Shown one piece after another: positions 1 through 9,922 of a stretch of DNA of 55,922 nt (position 1 is its first letter; each line of letters opens with the position of its first letter). Origin of the DNA: Ilumatobacteraceae bacterium. Its GTDB lineage: Bacteria > Actinomycetota > Acidimicrobiia > Acidimicrobiales > Ilumatobacteraceae. The translations under genes were made by a program, and so were the position numbers. The notes under the pieces were generated by a model. It did not search any database. It saw nothing but the letters and a program-made list of their open reading frames with translations, and was not told the DNA's origin. The stretch spans positions 1 to 55,922 of the forward strand of contig JBIIUH010000001.1 of NCBI GenBank assembly GCA_044340075.1, given 5' to 3'.

Positions 1-22
1 CCACAAGCCCCTCGAGGGTCGC

Positions 23-859
23 GTGCTCCCGGGGCTGGTCAGCCCCCGTCGATCGGTGCCCGACCACATCATGAAGCCTCCGTACGCCGATACGGGCCAC
101 GTCGAGCGTCGCTCGGAGTCGGCGGTGAAGTCGCCCGACGTCATCGAGCGGATGCGCAAGGCCGGAGCAATTGCCGCCGAGGTGTTGCGACTCGCCGGCG
201 CCATGGTGCGGCCGGGGATCACCACCGACGAGATCGACGTGTACGTCCATCAGCTGTGCATCGAGCGCGGCGCATACCCGAGCCCGCTCAACTACCAGGG
301 ATACCCGAAGAGCGTGTGCACGAGCGTCAACGAAGTCATCTGCCACGGCATCCCCGATTCGCGCGTCCTGCAGGACGGTGACATCATCAACCTCGACGTC
401 ACGTGTTTCGTCGACGGGGTGCACGGCGACACGAACGCCACATTCGCCGTCGGAACGATCGACGAAGAGAGCCGTCACCTCATCGAGGTGACTCGTGAAT
501 CCATGTGGCGAGGAATCAACGTCGTGCGCCCGGGAGTGCCGTTGTACGAGATCGGTCGCGCCATCGAATCGCACGCCAAGTCGCACAAGATGGGTGTCGT
601 GCGCGCGTTCATCGGACACGGCATCGGCGAGCAGTTCCACACCGACATCCAGATCCTCCACTACTACGAGCCGCGCAACAGCCTGCTCATGCGCCCGGGG
701 ATGACCTTCACGATCGAGCCGATGATCACGCTCGGTTCGGAGAAACACCGCATGTGGGACGACGACTGGACCGCCGTCACCATCGACGGGAAACGCACCG
801 CGCAGTTCGAGCACACCGTGCTCGTCACCGACGACGGTGTCGAGGTTCTCACCCAGTGA
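23..859 (+). CDS. map: Methionine aminopeptidase, type I
   Basis: 278-aa ORF with MetAP-I signatures ([41 protein letters not shown]). It has an N-terminal [11 protein letters not shown] extension like actinobacterial type Ic enzymes. The frame stays open to base 1, so the true start may lie upstream of the window. Confidence 0.93.
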   Translation: MLPGLVSPRRSVPDHIMKPPYADTGHVERRSESAVKSPDVIERMRKAGAIAAEVLRLAGAMVRPGITTDEIDVYVHQLCIERGAYPSPLNYQGYPKSVCTSVNEVICHGIPDSRVLQDGDIINLDVTCFVDGVHGDTNATFAVGTIDEESRHLIEVTRESMWRGINVVRPGVPLYEIGRAIESHAKSHKMGVVRAFIGHGIGEQFHTDIQILHYYEPRNSLLMRPGMTFTIEPMITLGSEKHRMWDDDWTAVTIDGKRTAQFEHTVLVTDDGVEVLTQ

Positions 860-1788
860 TCCTCGAGGACGACACGCCGCGTTACGTCCGCTTTGCGCGC
901 GACGAATGGGCAGCCTTGCGCGCCCAGACGCCGTTGACCATTCGCGAGAAGGACCTCGAGGCGTTGCGCGGCATCAACGACCGCATCGACCTCGAAGAGG
1001 TGACGGCGATCTACCTTCCGCTCACCCGGTTGCTTAACCTCTACGTATCGGCGACGCAGAACCTGCACCGCGTGTCGTCGACCTTCCTCGGCACGATCGC
1101 CCCGAAGATGCCGTACGTCATCGGCATCGCCGGCAGCGTTGCGGTGGGTAAAAGCACGTTCGCGCGCATCCTGCAGGCTTTGCTCAGCCGCTGGCCGGAA
1201 CACCCGCGCGTCGAGCTCATCACCACCGACGGCTTCCTCCATCCGAACGACGTCCTTGCCGAGCGCGGCATCATGGACCGCAAGGGATTCCCGGAGAGCT
1301 ACGACACGGCGCGACTGCTGTCGTTCCTGCGCGAAGTGAAGAGCGGTGCACCCGAGGTCGAGGCCCCGGTGTACAGCCACGTCGTGTACGACGTCCTTCC
1401 CGATACGCGCGAAGTCGTGCACCAGCCCGACATCCTCATCCTCGAGGGCCTCAACGTCCTGCAGGTCGACACGAACGCGACCGAGTTCGTCTCGGATTAC
1501 TTCGACTTCTCGATCTACCTCGACTCCGACGAGGAACTCATCGAGGAATGGTTCATCGAGCGGTTCCACACGCTGAGACGCACCGTGTTCCAGGACCCGT
1601 CGAGTTTCTTCCGCCACTTCGCCGAACTCACCGACGAGCAGGCGGAGGAAGTCGCGCACCACATCTGGGCGTCGATCAACGGTCGCAACCTGCGCGAGAA
1701 CATCGCTCCGACCAAGGGTCGCGCGTCACTCATGTTGCACAAGGCCGCCGACCACCGCATCAGCGACATCTTCCTGCGCAAACTCTGA
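856..1788 (+). CDS. coaA: Type I pantothenate kinase
   Basis: C-terminal 311 codons of the 505..1788 ORF. GTG at 856 overlaps the map stop (GTGA). P-loop [12 protein letters not shown], then TTDGFLHPN, and KGFPESYD typical of CoaA. Confidence 0.92.
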   Translation: MILEDDTPRYVRFARDEWAALRAQTPLTIREKDLEALRGINDRIDLEEVTAIYLPLTRLLNLYVSATQNLHRVSSTFLGTIAPKMPYVIGIAGSVAVGKSTFARILQALLSRWPEHPRVELITTDGFLHPNDVLAERGIMDRKGFPESYDTARLLSFLREVKSGAPEVEAPVYSHVVYDVLPDTREVVHQPDILILEGLNVLQVDTNATEFVSDYFDFSIYLDSDEELIEEWFIERFHTLRRTVFQDPSSFFRHFAELTDEQAEEVAHHIWASINGRNLRENIAPTKGRASLMLHKAADHRISDIFLRKL

Positions 1789-1815
1789 CGCCTGCGATTC
1801 CGCAGGCGCGAGTCG

Positions 1816-2178
1816 TCAGCTGCGGTGCAACGCGTTGAGGTAGTTGTACACGGTGATGCGCGACACGCCCATGGCGTCGGCGACATCCTCCACTGCGCGA
1901 CGCAGGATGAATGCACCGCGTTCATCGAGCAGGCGGATCGCCCGCTGCTTGTCGGCGCGCGACAACTCGGGAAGTCGACCGCCGAGTTCACGTTCGACGG
2001 ACTCGATGAGGCGGTCGAGCGCTCCGTGCAACACCGGCAGCCGCACCGCGGCGACGGTCTTGCCCTCCCACACGAGAGGCAGGTCGGACTTCGACATGTC
2101 GCGCGGATCGACGACGGTCGCGCCGAGGGCTTTCAGCAGCGGACGCAACGACACGAGGAGCGGATGGTCGTGCTGCAC
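1816..2178 (-). CDS. Small HTH-domain transcriptional regulator (HTH_22/YheO-like C-terminus)
   Basis: 120-aa ORF ending in the helix-turn-helix-like segment VADAMGVSRITVYNYLNAL. Its GTG start overlaps the stop of the upstream gene by 1 nt. Confidence 0.6.
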   Translation of the reverse strand: MQHDHPLLVSLRPLLKALGATVVDPRDMSKSDLPLVWEGKTVAAVRLPVLHGALDRLIESVERELGGRLPELSRADKQRAIRLLDERGAFILRRAVEDVADAMGVSRITVYNYLNALHRS

Positions 2179-2414
2179 TACGCCGACTCTTTCGACACCG
2201 TGACGTTGACGACCGTTGCGCCGTTCGCGTAGGCCGCGTTCATGAGATCACCGACGACGCGACCGAGATCGCCCGCGGCAACTGTGAATACCGTGCCGAA
2301 GGGACCGAAATCAACGGTGATGCCGTGCTTCTCGACGGCAGCGACCGCTTCGGTGACGTGCGGCCCCGGGCGTCCCTCGACGAACGGTTCGACCGTGAAC
2401 TCGACGCTGAGCAT
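2178..2414 (-). CDS. MTH1187/YkoF-family (DUF77) thiamine-binding-like small protein
   Basis: 78-aa ORF with the family pattern V-F-V-P...G...V..A......G......P-GT (MLSVEFTVEPF...GPFGTVF). Confidence 0.6.
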   Translation of the reverse strand: MLSVEFTVEPFVEGRPGPHVTEAVAAVEKHGITVDFGPFGTVFTVAAGDLGRVVGDLMNAAYANGATVVNVTVSKESA

Positions 2415-2517
2415 GCACCGCTCCTTCCCGCAGAACGACCACGAGCGTACCGCTCACCCAATTGACCGAACCCGTCGGGGGTGAACCGTGCATCGCGCAG
2501 CTGACGTACGATGCGGC

Positions 2518-3783
2518 ATGGCCACCGACGACACGACGCACGACGCCCGCGACCGGCACGGAAGCGGCGTCGGACTGCGCGAACATGCCACCGAACTGCA
2601 CTCCGGGGCCGTCGCCCTGCGACGCCGCCTGCACGAATGGCCCGAGGTCGGCAACCACCTGCCCGTCACCCGCAACGCGGTGCTCGCGGCGCTCGAAGGA
2701 CTCCCGCTCGACATCACGCTCCACGAAACGACGAGCGGAATAGCGGCGCTGCTCACGGGTGGCAAGCCCGGACCGACCGTCATGCTGCGCGGTGACATGG
2801 ACGCACTTCCGATGCCCGAGGACACCGGGCTCGACTATGCGTCGCGAACCGACAACGTCATGCACGCCTGCGGACACGACACGCACACGGCAATGCTCGC
2901 AACGACGGCGCGACTGCTCAGCGAGCGGCGCGACTCGCTTCCCGGTCGCGTGCTGTTCATGTTCCAACCCGGCGAAGAGGGACATCACGGAGCGCGATAC
3001 ATGCTCGACGAGGGCCTCCTGGACGTTGCGTCCCTCGCCGACGGCACGCCCTCACCGATCACGGCGGCGTACGCACTGCACATCACGTCGTCGCTGCCGA
3101 GCGGATTCATGGCGGCGCGACCCGGCCCGATCATGGCGTCGTCGGACACCCTCGACATCGTCGTCACCGGAACGGGCGGGCACGCGTCGGAACCGTTCCG
3201 CACCCGCGATCCGATCCCCGTCGCCTGCGAAATTGTGCAGGCACTGCAGATGCACGTCACACGGCGCATCGACGTATTCGACCCCACCGTCGTCACCGTC
3301 ACCCAGATCCACACCGGCACGACTTCGAACGTCATCCCTGAAACCGCGCACATCAACGGCACCATTCGCGCAGTGAGCGAGGCGACGCGCACGAAGATCC
3401 ACGACGGCATTCGTCGCGTCGCCGAAGGAATCGCCGCGGCACACGACATGTCGGCCGAGGTGAACATCACCCTCGGCTACCCCGTCACCGTCAACGATCA
3501 GCCGAGTGCCGAGTTCGGCCTCGACGTCGCCCATGCGGTCGTCGGTACGCAGCGCACCATCCGGCTGCCCAACCCGATCATGGGCGCGGAGGATTTCAGT
3601 TACGTCCTCAACAAGGTGCCGGGGGCGATGATCTTCCTCGGTGGCACACCGCACCACGTCGATCTTGGGAGTGCGGCACCGAACCACTCCAATCGGGTGA
3701 CGTTCGACGAAAGCGCGATGATCGACGGTGTCGCGATGTACTCGTCGCTCGCCCTGCGCACGCTGGGGGTGCGCGTCGACTGA
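2518..3783 (+). CDS. M20-family amidohydrolase (N-acyl-amino acid amidohydrolase / hippurate hydrolase-like)
   Basis: RGDMDALP, HACGHDTHTAML and FQPGEEG motifs of M20D peptidases. ATG 2518 is preferred over GTG 2488. Confidence 0.85.
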   Translation: MATDDTTHDARDRHGSGVGLREHATELHSGAVALRRRLHEWPEVGNHLPVTRNAVLAALEGLPLDITLHETTSGIAALLTGGKPGPTVMLRGDMDALPMPEDTGLDYASRTDNVMHACGHDTHTAMLATTARLLSERRDSLPGRVLFMFQPGEEGHHGARYMLDEGLLDVASLADGTPSPITAAYALHITSSLPSGFMAARPGPIMASSDTLDIVVTGTGGHASEPFRTRDPIPVACEIVQALQMHVTRRIDVFDPTVVTVTQIHTGTTSNVIPETAHINGTIRAVSEATRTKIHDGIRRVAEGIAAAHDMSAEVNITLGYPVTVNDQPSAEFGLDVAHAVVGTQRTIRLPNPIMGAEDFSYVLNKVPGAMIFLGGTPHHVDLGSAAPNHSNRVTFDESAMIDGVAMYSSLALRTLGVRVD

Positions 3784-3810
3784 CGCGACGTGACGTGCAC
3801 CGGCGGCGCG

Positions 3811-4257
3811 TCAGCGTCCGCTGTGCCCGAATCCCCCGCCGCGGTCGTCACCGCTCAATTCGTCGACGGGAATCCATTCGATGACGTCGTGGCGCAACAC
3901 GACGAGCTGAGCGACGCGATCACCGCGCTTCACCGCATAGTCCGTGTGCGGGTCGTGATTGATCATGACGACCTGCAACTCGCCCCGGTAGCCGGCATCG
4001 ATGATCCCGGGTGTATTCACGAGCGAGATGCCGTGCTTCAACGCAAGACCACTGCGCGGAACGACCATGCCGAGAGTTCCCACGGGGAGAGCGATGGCGA
4101 TTCCCGTCGGCACCGCGGCGCGACCGCCGGCAGCAGGAAGAACGACGTCGATGCGTGCGCGCAGATCGAATCCGGCATCGTGAACGTGCGCCGTTGAGGG
4201 CAGTTCGAGATCGGGATCGAGTCGCTGCACGTGCACACGGAGCGTCTCGCGGTTCAC
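3811..4257 (-). CDS. dut: dUTP diphosphatase
   Basis: 148 aa with dUTPase motifs [28 protein letters not shown] and C-terminal GGFGHSGR. Confidence 0.93.
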   Translation of the reverse strand: MNRETLRVHVQRLDPDLELPSTAHVHDAGFDLRARIDVVLPAAGGRAAVPTGIAIALPVGTLGMVVPRSGLALKHGISLVNTPGIIDAGYRGELQVVMINHDPHTDYAVKRGDRVAQLVVLRHDVIEWIPVDELSGDDRGGGFGHSGR

Positions 4258-4291
4258 GGCACGACACTACGTCGCGCCGTAGATTCATGGG

Positions 4292-4876
4292 GTGCTCGTG
4301 TGGATGGACCTCGAAATGACGGGTCTCAATCCCGACGTCGATGTCATCGTCGAAATCGCCACGATCGTCACCGACGACGACTTGAACGTCGTTGCCGAGG
4401 GTCCCGATCTCGTCATTCACCACTCCGACGACGTCCTTGCGATCATGGATCCCTTCGTCCTGCAGATGCACACCGAATCGGGTCTGCTCCCCCTCATCCG
4501 CGAGTCGCATACCACCGTCGCCGACGCGGCACGACTCACTCTCGACTTCATCCGTGCGCATGTCACCGAGGCGCGCACCGTACCGCTGTGCGGCAACTCG
4601 ATCGGTACCGACCGGCGCTTCCTCGCCAAGTACATGCCCGACATCGAGGCATTCCTCCACTACCGCAGCGTCGACGTGTCGAGCGTGAAGGAACTGTGCA
4701 AGCGCTGGTACCCCACCGTCACCATCGACAGACCGTCGAAAGCAGGTGCGCATCGTGCGCTCAACGACATTCTCGAGAGCGTGCGCGAGTTGCGGTTCTA
4801 CCGCGAGAACATCTTCACCGCGTCACCGGGTGGCAATGGTCCGACCGCGCCAGCTCACCCGGCCGCGAACGACTGA
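4292..4876 (+). CDS. orn: Oligoribonuclease
   Basis: LVWMDLEMTGL (DEDD exo I), CGNSIGTDRRFL and HRALNDILESV motifs. The 3' end overlaps the convergent GT2 gene by 54 nt. Confidence 0.92.
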   Translation: MLVWMDLEMTGLNPDVDVIVEIATIVTDDDLNVVAEGPDLVIHHSDDVLAIMDPFVLQMHTESGLLPLIRESHTTVADAARLTLDFIRAHVTEARTVPLCGNSIGTDRRFLAKYMPDIEAFLHYRSVDVSSVKELCKRWYPTVTIDRPSKAGAHRALNDILESVRELRFYRENIFTASPGGNGPTAPAHPAAND

Positions 4877-5896
4877 CGACCAGGCACTGCGCACGACGAT
4901 CGCCGAGAAGATCGCGACGTGGATCGGATACACGATCGCGTCGATGACGCGGTAGTTGCCGACGCGTCGCGCCATCCACCACAACTGGACGAACGAGGCG
5001 AGCGCGAACCACGGCGAGGTCAGCCAGCCACCGGCAAGTGACGCAACGAAGGCAACGGCACGCAACGTGACACCCGGCGGCGCTGCCGCACCACCAAGAA
5101 CCGTGTTCTTCGTCCAACCTTCGACGAGTTGACGCAGCCCGAGCGGGTACATGCGGTATTCGACCTCGCCGCGCCGTCCGATACCCGGGCGCGACAACGC
5201 GTAACGCTGCGCAAGCGCGATGTCCTCGATGACCGCACCGCGCACGGACGGCGCGCCGTGGCCACCGCTTGCGAAATACGCCGCCCGTGTCGTTGCCATG
5301 ACGGGGCCGAATGCGACGTGGCGTGAACGCCGGCGGGCCGACACGTGAGCACCGGGCGTACGGGCGACGAACGACGACACGACGTTGAACACGAGACTTG
5401 CGCGCTCGACGAGTGCGCCCGTGCGGTGCCACGGCATGACGCTGACGAGTGCGTCGGGGTGGCCGTTGGCCTCTGCACACAGTGAATCGATGACGCCGGC
5501 CGAGATCGTGACGTCGGCATCGAGGAACACGAGAACGTCGCCCGAGGCCACCACTGCCCCGCGCCAACACGCGTGAGCCTTGCCCGCCCACCCGGCAGAG
5601 ACCGCATCGATGCGCAGGACCCGCGCCCCGGCATCGCGGGCCAGGGCAGCCGTGGCGTCGGTCGATCCGTCGTCAACGACGATGACCTCGTCACCGGCTC
5701 GCAGCTGAGCAGCCACCGATTGGACGATCCCGCCGATCGTTGCCGACTCGTTGCGGGCGGGGATGACGACGCTCACCCGACACGAACGTTGCGTCGGTCG
5801 CACCGAGAAACGGCGCGTCCCGAGCACGACCCACCAACCGCAACACCAACCGACGGCGAACGTGACGACCTGGGTGACGGTCGGCGTCATTCGCAC
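4823..5896 (-). CDS. Family 2 glycosyltransferase, membrane-associated
   Basis: VSVVIPARNES...VIVVDDGSTD...FLDAD motifs of GT2 (GT-A fold) plus C-terminal hydrophobic helices. The start is GTG 5896 or ATG 5890. Confidence 0.8.
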   Translation of the reverse strand: MRMTPTVTQVVTFAVGWCCGWWVVLGTRRFSVRPTQRSCRVSVVIPARNESATIGGIVQSVAAQLRAGDEVIVVDDGSTDATAALARDAGARVLRIDAVSAGWAGKAHACWRGAVVASGDVLVFLDADVTISAGVIDSLCAEANGHPDALVSVMPWHRTGALVERASLVFNVVSSFVARTPGAHVSARRRSRHVAFGPVMATTRAAYFASGGHGAPSVRGAVIEDIALAQRYALSRPGIGRRGEVEYRMYPLGLRQLVEGWTKNTVLGGAAAPPGVTLRAVAFVASLAGGWLTSPWFALASFVQLWWMARRVGNYRVIDAIVYPIHVAIFSAIVVRSAWSSVVRGRVSWRGRTIATR

Positions 5897-5962
5897 GTAC
5901 GTAGCGTACGAACGGCACGTACCGACAACGATCGACCGTCACGACAGCGGTACGGTGGGATC

Positions 5963-7018
5963 GTGTCGCAGGCGGTGAGCAAGCAGGAGAAACTCCCCGC
6001 CCGCACCGACGTCGTCGAGTTGGCACCGGGAGTCCTGCAAACACAGCTCCCCATCGAGCTTCCCGGACTCGGGCACGTGAACATGTACGTCCTCGAGGAC
6101 GGCGATGGCGTTGCCGTCGTCGATCCCGGCCTGCCCGGACGCGCGACGTGGAAGGCGATCAACCACCGCCTCGCGCTCATCGGTGTTCCGCTGCGCAGGG
6201 TGCACACGATCGTCGTCACGCACAGTCATCCCGACCACTTCGGCGGTGCACGACGACTCGCGCGCGAATCCGGTGCGCGCATCATCACCCACGCGAGCTT
6301 TCGCATGTGGTGGGACCCGCTCGAACCCGACGACATCGGACCGGAGGATCTCGCCACGGAAATGCTCCCCGAGAACCGTCGCACCTTCCGCGACACCCCG
6401 TGGGGCGGCGACGGCTATGACATCGCCTGGCGCAACCGGCTCTATTACTCGACGCACCGCAAGTACCCGCGACTCTTTCCGTCGGTGCAACCCACGCACC
6501 GGGTGAATGACGGTGACGCCGTCATGCTCGCAGGACGACGCTGGGTCGCCATGCACACCCCCGGCCACACGGGCGACCATCTGTGTCTCTTCGACGAGGA
6601 ATGCGGACTCGTCATCAGCGGCGACCACGTGCTGCCGAACATCACGCCTCATATCAGCGGGATGACGCTCGCCCGCGATCCGCTGAAGCGCTTCTTTGCC
6701 TCGCTCGACAAGATGGCCCGGCTCGGCGACACCGTGCGGCTCGCGCTTCCCGCCCACGGCAATCCGTTCAACGACCTCGCCGGACGCTGCACGCAGATTC
6801 GCGAGCATCACGAGGGCCGACTCGACAAGATCCGCAGTGCGAGCGTGGACTTCGGGCGCCCGGCGACGGTGATGGAGATTGCGTCGCGCGTGTTTTCCGC
6901 ACGAGCACAGGGGCCGATGGCCGACAGCGAAACGTACGCCCATCTCGAGCACCTGCGCCTCGCGGGTCAGATATCGCGACGCGACGTCGACGGACTCGCC
7001 CGCTACACCGTCGAGTAG
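5963..7018 (+). CDS. MBL-fold metallo-hydrolase
   Basis: C-terminal 351 codons of the 5573..7018 ORF with the THSHPDHFGG (HxHxDH) motif and a later TPGHTGDH. The start is uncertain (GTG 5963 or 5975). Confidence 0.8.
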   Translation: MSQAVSKQEKLPARTDVVELAPGVLQTQLPIELPGLGHVNMYVLEDGDGVAVVDPGLPGRATWKAINHRLALIGVPLRRVHTIVVTHSHPDHFGGARRLARESGARIITHASFRMWWDPLEPDDIGPEDLATEMLPENRRTFRDTPWGGDGYDIAWRNRLYYSTHRKYPRLFPSVQPTHRVNDGDAVMLAGRRWVAMHTPGHTGDHLCLFDEECGLVISGDHVLPNITPHISGMTLARDPLKRFFASLDKMARLGDTVRLALPAHGNPFNDLAGRCTQIREHHEGRLDKIRSASVDFGRPATVMEIASRVFSARAQGPMADSETYAHLEHLRLAGQISRRDVDGLARYTVE

Positions 7019-7032
7019 ATACCGACCGACGC

Positions 7033-7830
7033 TTACGCCGTCGGCGCGACGGTCGTGGCCGGCAACTGCACGATCTGTGTGAGGGCCGCCGTCTCATCGC
7101 CGTCGACGTGGCGCAGCACGGTCCGTCCCTCGAGGCGGTGCACTGCGATGAGCGGTTGCGCATGACGCTCGAGTGCACGGTGATGTTCGACCGTGAGGTG
7201 CAATGGCGCGCGCAACGACCTCTCGCCGGCGAGGTATTCCTCGACGGCTTCCCAGTACACGGCGTTGTTCACGTGACCGATCGCGTCGAAGTCGCTGAAC
7301 CGCAACGGCATCTCCCATGTCGCGTCCGCGCGTGCCGCAGGCGGAACGTCGCGCCCGACGTGGAGTCGCGCACCGATGCGCCGCGAGCCGGCGGCCTCTG
7401 CAACGACCTCGGCGAATCCGTGCGGCAACGGGGTCGGCTTCAACGTGTCGAGATCGACGTGCACCCACAACGTCGCTGCATCGGCAACGACGCGGGACGC
7501 TGCACCATCGACGATCGACACCCGGGTACGCCGTTCGGCCCAATGCGAACCGAGTCCACCGCACCACGTGGCGAGCCGCAGATGCTGCACGTACGACGGG
7601 AATTCGTACATCCACATCTCGGTGCGCCGCACGACCCATCCGTACGGGTCTTCGTACCCGCCGTCGAGCGCATCGTCGGTGGCAATGTCCTGCAGGTACC
7701 GGGCGAGGGCATCGAGTCGCAAGCGCGAGCGGGGTGTGACGTCACCGAGTCGAACGATTCGCTCGCTTGTGAAGACTCGGCCGCGTTGCGGATACGGCAC
7801 CGGATCTGCGACGACGAACACCACGATCAC
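7033..7830 (-). CDS. Acyl-ACP thioesterase-like (double hotdog)
   Basis: The C-terminal part of the 378-aa ORF matches the acyl-ACP thioesterase pattern (RLGDV..R.RLDALARYLQD, RFSDFDAIGHVNNAVYWE). Three in-frame GTGs (7830, 7824, 7821) are candidate starts. Confidence 0.7.
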   Translation of the reverse strand: MIVVFVVADPVPYPQRGRVFTSERIVRLGDVTPRSRLRLDALARYLQDIATDDALDGGYEDPYGWVVRRTEMWMYEFPSYVQHLRLATWCGGLGSHWAERRTRVSIVDGAASRVVADAATLWVHVDLDTLKPTPLPHGFAEVVAEAAGSRRIGARLHVGRDVPPAARADATWEMPLRFSDFDAIGHVNNAVYWEAVEEYLAGERSLRAPLHLTVEHHRALERHAQPLIAVHRLEGRTVLRHVDGDETAALTQIVQLPATTVAPTA

Positions 7831-7860
7831 GCTACCGATGCACGTGGGTAACCTTTCGTC

Positions 7861-8430
7861 GTGCGCATCGATCGTCGGTTGATGGTCATCACGATCGTCA
7901 TCGCGCTGGTGGCGTCCGTTCCTGCCGCATGGTGGTCGATGTCCGACGATGCTGCCGACGCCGACACCGTCGTTCTCGAATCCCCCGGCGGGAGCATCGC
8001 GCTCAACCGCCAATCGGAAGGGTCGCTCCTCGCCACGACTGCACTCGAAACGCTCTCCGGTGACGTCATTTCCTCCGCCGCGCTGCTCGGCCAACCGCTC
8101 GTCGTCAACGTCTGGTACTCGACGTGCGAGCCGTGCCGGCGCGAGTTCCCCGTCCTTGCCGCCGCGCACGAACGGTACGGCGACGAGGTGCGCTTCGTCG
8201 GCGTGAACATCAGCGACACCGCCGAGACGACGAAGAGCTTCGCCGCACAGTTCGGTGCGCGCTTCGAGCAGTACCGCGACCCGAACGGTGTATTCACGAC
8301 GGCGATGGGCATCGCCACCGCACCCGTCACGCTCTTCGTCGATCCGGGTGGAATCGTCGTGCGTCAGGTAGCCGGTGAAATCACCGCCGACGTTCTCGAC
8401 GCAACGCTGAGCGAAGCGTTCGGGGTGTGA
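7861..8430 (+). CDS. TlpA/ResA-family membrane-anchored thiol-disulfide oxidoreductase
   Basis: N-terminal TM anchor and a thioredoxin fold with active site W-YST-CEPC. The neighbouring ccdA overlaps by 4 nt. Confidence 0.8.
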   Translation: MRIDRRLMVITIVIALVASVPAAWWSMSDDAADADTVVLESPGGSIALNRQSEGSLLATTALETLSGDVISSAALLGQPLVVNVWYSTCEPCRREFPVLAAAHERYGDEVRFVGVNISDTAETTKSFAAQFGARFEQYRDPNGVFTTAMGIATAPVTLFVDPGGIVVRQVAGEITADVLDATLSEAFGV

Positions 8431-9275
8431 CGACGATGGTCGGGGTGATCGAGGGCAACTTCGCCTACTCGCTGCTGCTCGGCATGCTCGCCGCGGTGAA
8501 CCCGTGCGGTTTCGTGCTGCTCCCCACCTACCTCGTGTACTACCTCGGACTCGAGGAGGAGGCCGACCAGCGGCAGCGGCTCACCCGCGCGCTCGGCGTC
8601 GGCGGCGCGGTGTCGGCGGGATTCGTCGGCGTGTTCGTCGTCGTCGGAACCATCTCCCGACTCTTCACCCAGTGGGTGGAGTCGCAGGCGAAGTACCTGG
8701 CGCTCGTCATCGGTCTCGCTCTCATCGTCGGCGGAATCTTCATGTTGCGCGGCTGGAAACCCGCGTTGTGGCGACCGACATCGTCGGCGTCGCGATCGCT
8801 GCGCGGCATGTTCGTGTTCGGCGTGATTTATGCGGTTGCCTCCATCGGTTGCACGATCGGCCTCCTCACGACCGCGGTGTTCGGCAGCATCGCCGTGCAC
8901 GGGTTCGTATCCGGGGTCGTGAGCATCGCCCTCTATGGGGTGGGTATGGGGCTCTTCGTCACCGCCCTCACCGTAGGCATCGCATTCGCAAAAACCGGTC
9001 TCGTCACCGGCAGCAGGCGCGTGCTGCGCTACGTCGACAAGGTGTCGTCGGTGCTCGTCATCGTCACCGGCGTCTATCTCACGTGGTACTGGTTCGCCGC
9101 GATCACGCAGCGCTCCTCGGCCGGGGGATTCGTGTCGACCGTCGAACGATGGCAGTCGCGCATCGTCCAAATGCTGCAGGACGTCGGGGCGATTCGTCTC
9201 GCGATCGTCTTCGTCGTCGTCATCGTCGCCGCGATCGTCGTCACCCGGCGCCGTCCCGCTGCGAATCGTTCATGA
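8427..9275 (+). CDS. ccdA: Cytochrome c biogenesis thiol transporter CcdA/DsbD-family
   Basis: 282-aa polytopic membrane protein with the two conserved membrane Cys segments (AAVNPCGF and ASIGCT). GTGA overlap with tlpA. Confidence 0.85.
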   Translation: MTTMVGVIEGNFAYSLLLGMLAAVNPCGFVLLPTYLVYYLGLEEEADQRQRLTRALGVGGAVSAGFVGVFVVVGTISRLFTQWVESQAKYLALVIGLALIVGGIFMLRGWKPALWRPTSSASRSLRGMFVFGVIYAVASIGCTIGLLTTAVFGSIAVHGFVSGVVSIALYGVGMGLFVTALTVGIAFAKTGLVTGSRRVLRYVDKVSSVLVIVTGVYLTWYWFAAITQRSSAGGFVSTVERWQSRIVQMLQDVGAIRLAIVFVVVIVAAIVVTRRRPAANRS

Positions 9276-9922
9276 GCCTGCGCGAACTGCTCGAGCGACC
9301 GAACGTCGAGGAAGTCCTCGAGCTGCGCGGCACGTTCGGACTCATGGCACCGCACGGCGGAGCGCTGGAAGAACGCACCGATCTCATCGCGCGTACAGTC
9401 GCCGAGCGCACGGGAGCCTCGTACTACGGCGTGCACCAACCCGCCGATCTGCGATGGCACGTTCCGTCGCACCGCTACACCGGCGACCAGTCTCCCCGGC
9501 TGGCGCGCTTCCTCGGCCATGTCTCGGTGCTCGTCACGCTGCACGGATACGGGCGCATGGGCTACTTCACGACGATCCTGCTCGGTGGCGGCAACCGCGA
9601 TCTCGCCCGTCATCTTGCCGATCCGTTGCGTCGTGCACTGCCGGCGTACGTCGTCGAGGACGATGCCGACCGCATCCCGCACGATCTCGCCGGACGCCAC
9701 CCGAACAACCCGGTGAACGTGCCCCGGGACGGTGGCGTACAGATCGAACTTCCGCCCCGTGTGCGCGGTTCGAGTCCGCTGTGGTGGGACTGGGAGGCAC
9801 CGCATCCGACGCCGCACACGGCAGCACTCATCGATGCACTCGTCGACGCCGTCTCGACATGGACGAACGACGATCAGGGTGCGAGGCGCTCGATCTCCCA
9901 TCCCGCGGCGGTGCGACCGTAA
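9272..9922 (+). CDS. Poly-gamma-glutamate hydrolase family protein (UPF0714/DUF867)
   Basis: C-terminal 216 codons of the 8504..9922 ORF. ATG 9272 overlaps the ccdA stop (ATGA). Family pattern MAPHGG..E..T, SYYG, LHGY, GG.N, GVQIELP. Confidence 0.75.
   Translation: MSLRELLERPNVEEVLELRGTFGLMAPHGGALEERTDLIARTVAERTGASYYGVHQPADLRWHVPSHRYTGDQSPRLARFLGHVSVLVTLHGYGRMGYFTTILLGGGNRDLARHLADPLRRALPAYVVEDDADRIPHDLAGRHPNNPVNVPRDGGVQIELPPRVRGSSPLWWDWEAPHPTPHTAALIDALVDAVSTWTNDDQGARRSISHPAAVRP

Noticed and set aside
2461-2472. 12-mer ATTGACCGAACC shared between the M20 upstream region and the ctaB/I-like spacer (21628-21639)
   Set aside because: A back-of-envelope estimate for a 56-kb window on both strands predicts many chance 12-mer matches. 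There is no extended similarity around it and no common gene context.
2415-2517. Possible TPP riboswitch upstream of the thiamine-binding-like (YkoF/MTH1187) gene
   Set aside because: The conserved CUGAGA and ACCUGAUCUGGAUAAUGCCAGCG-type elements are absent, and the region is only about 100 nt of divergent promoter.
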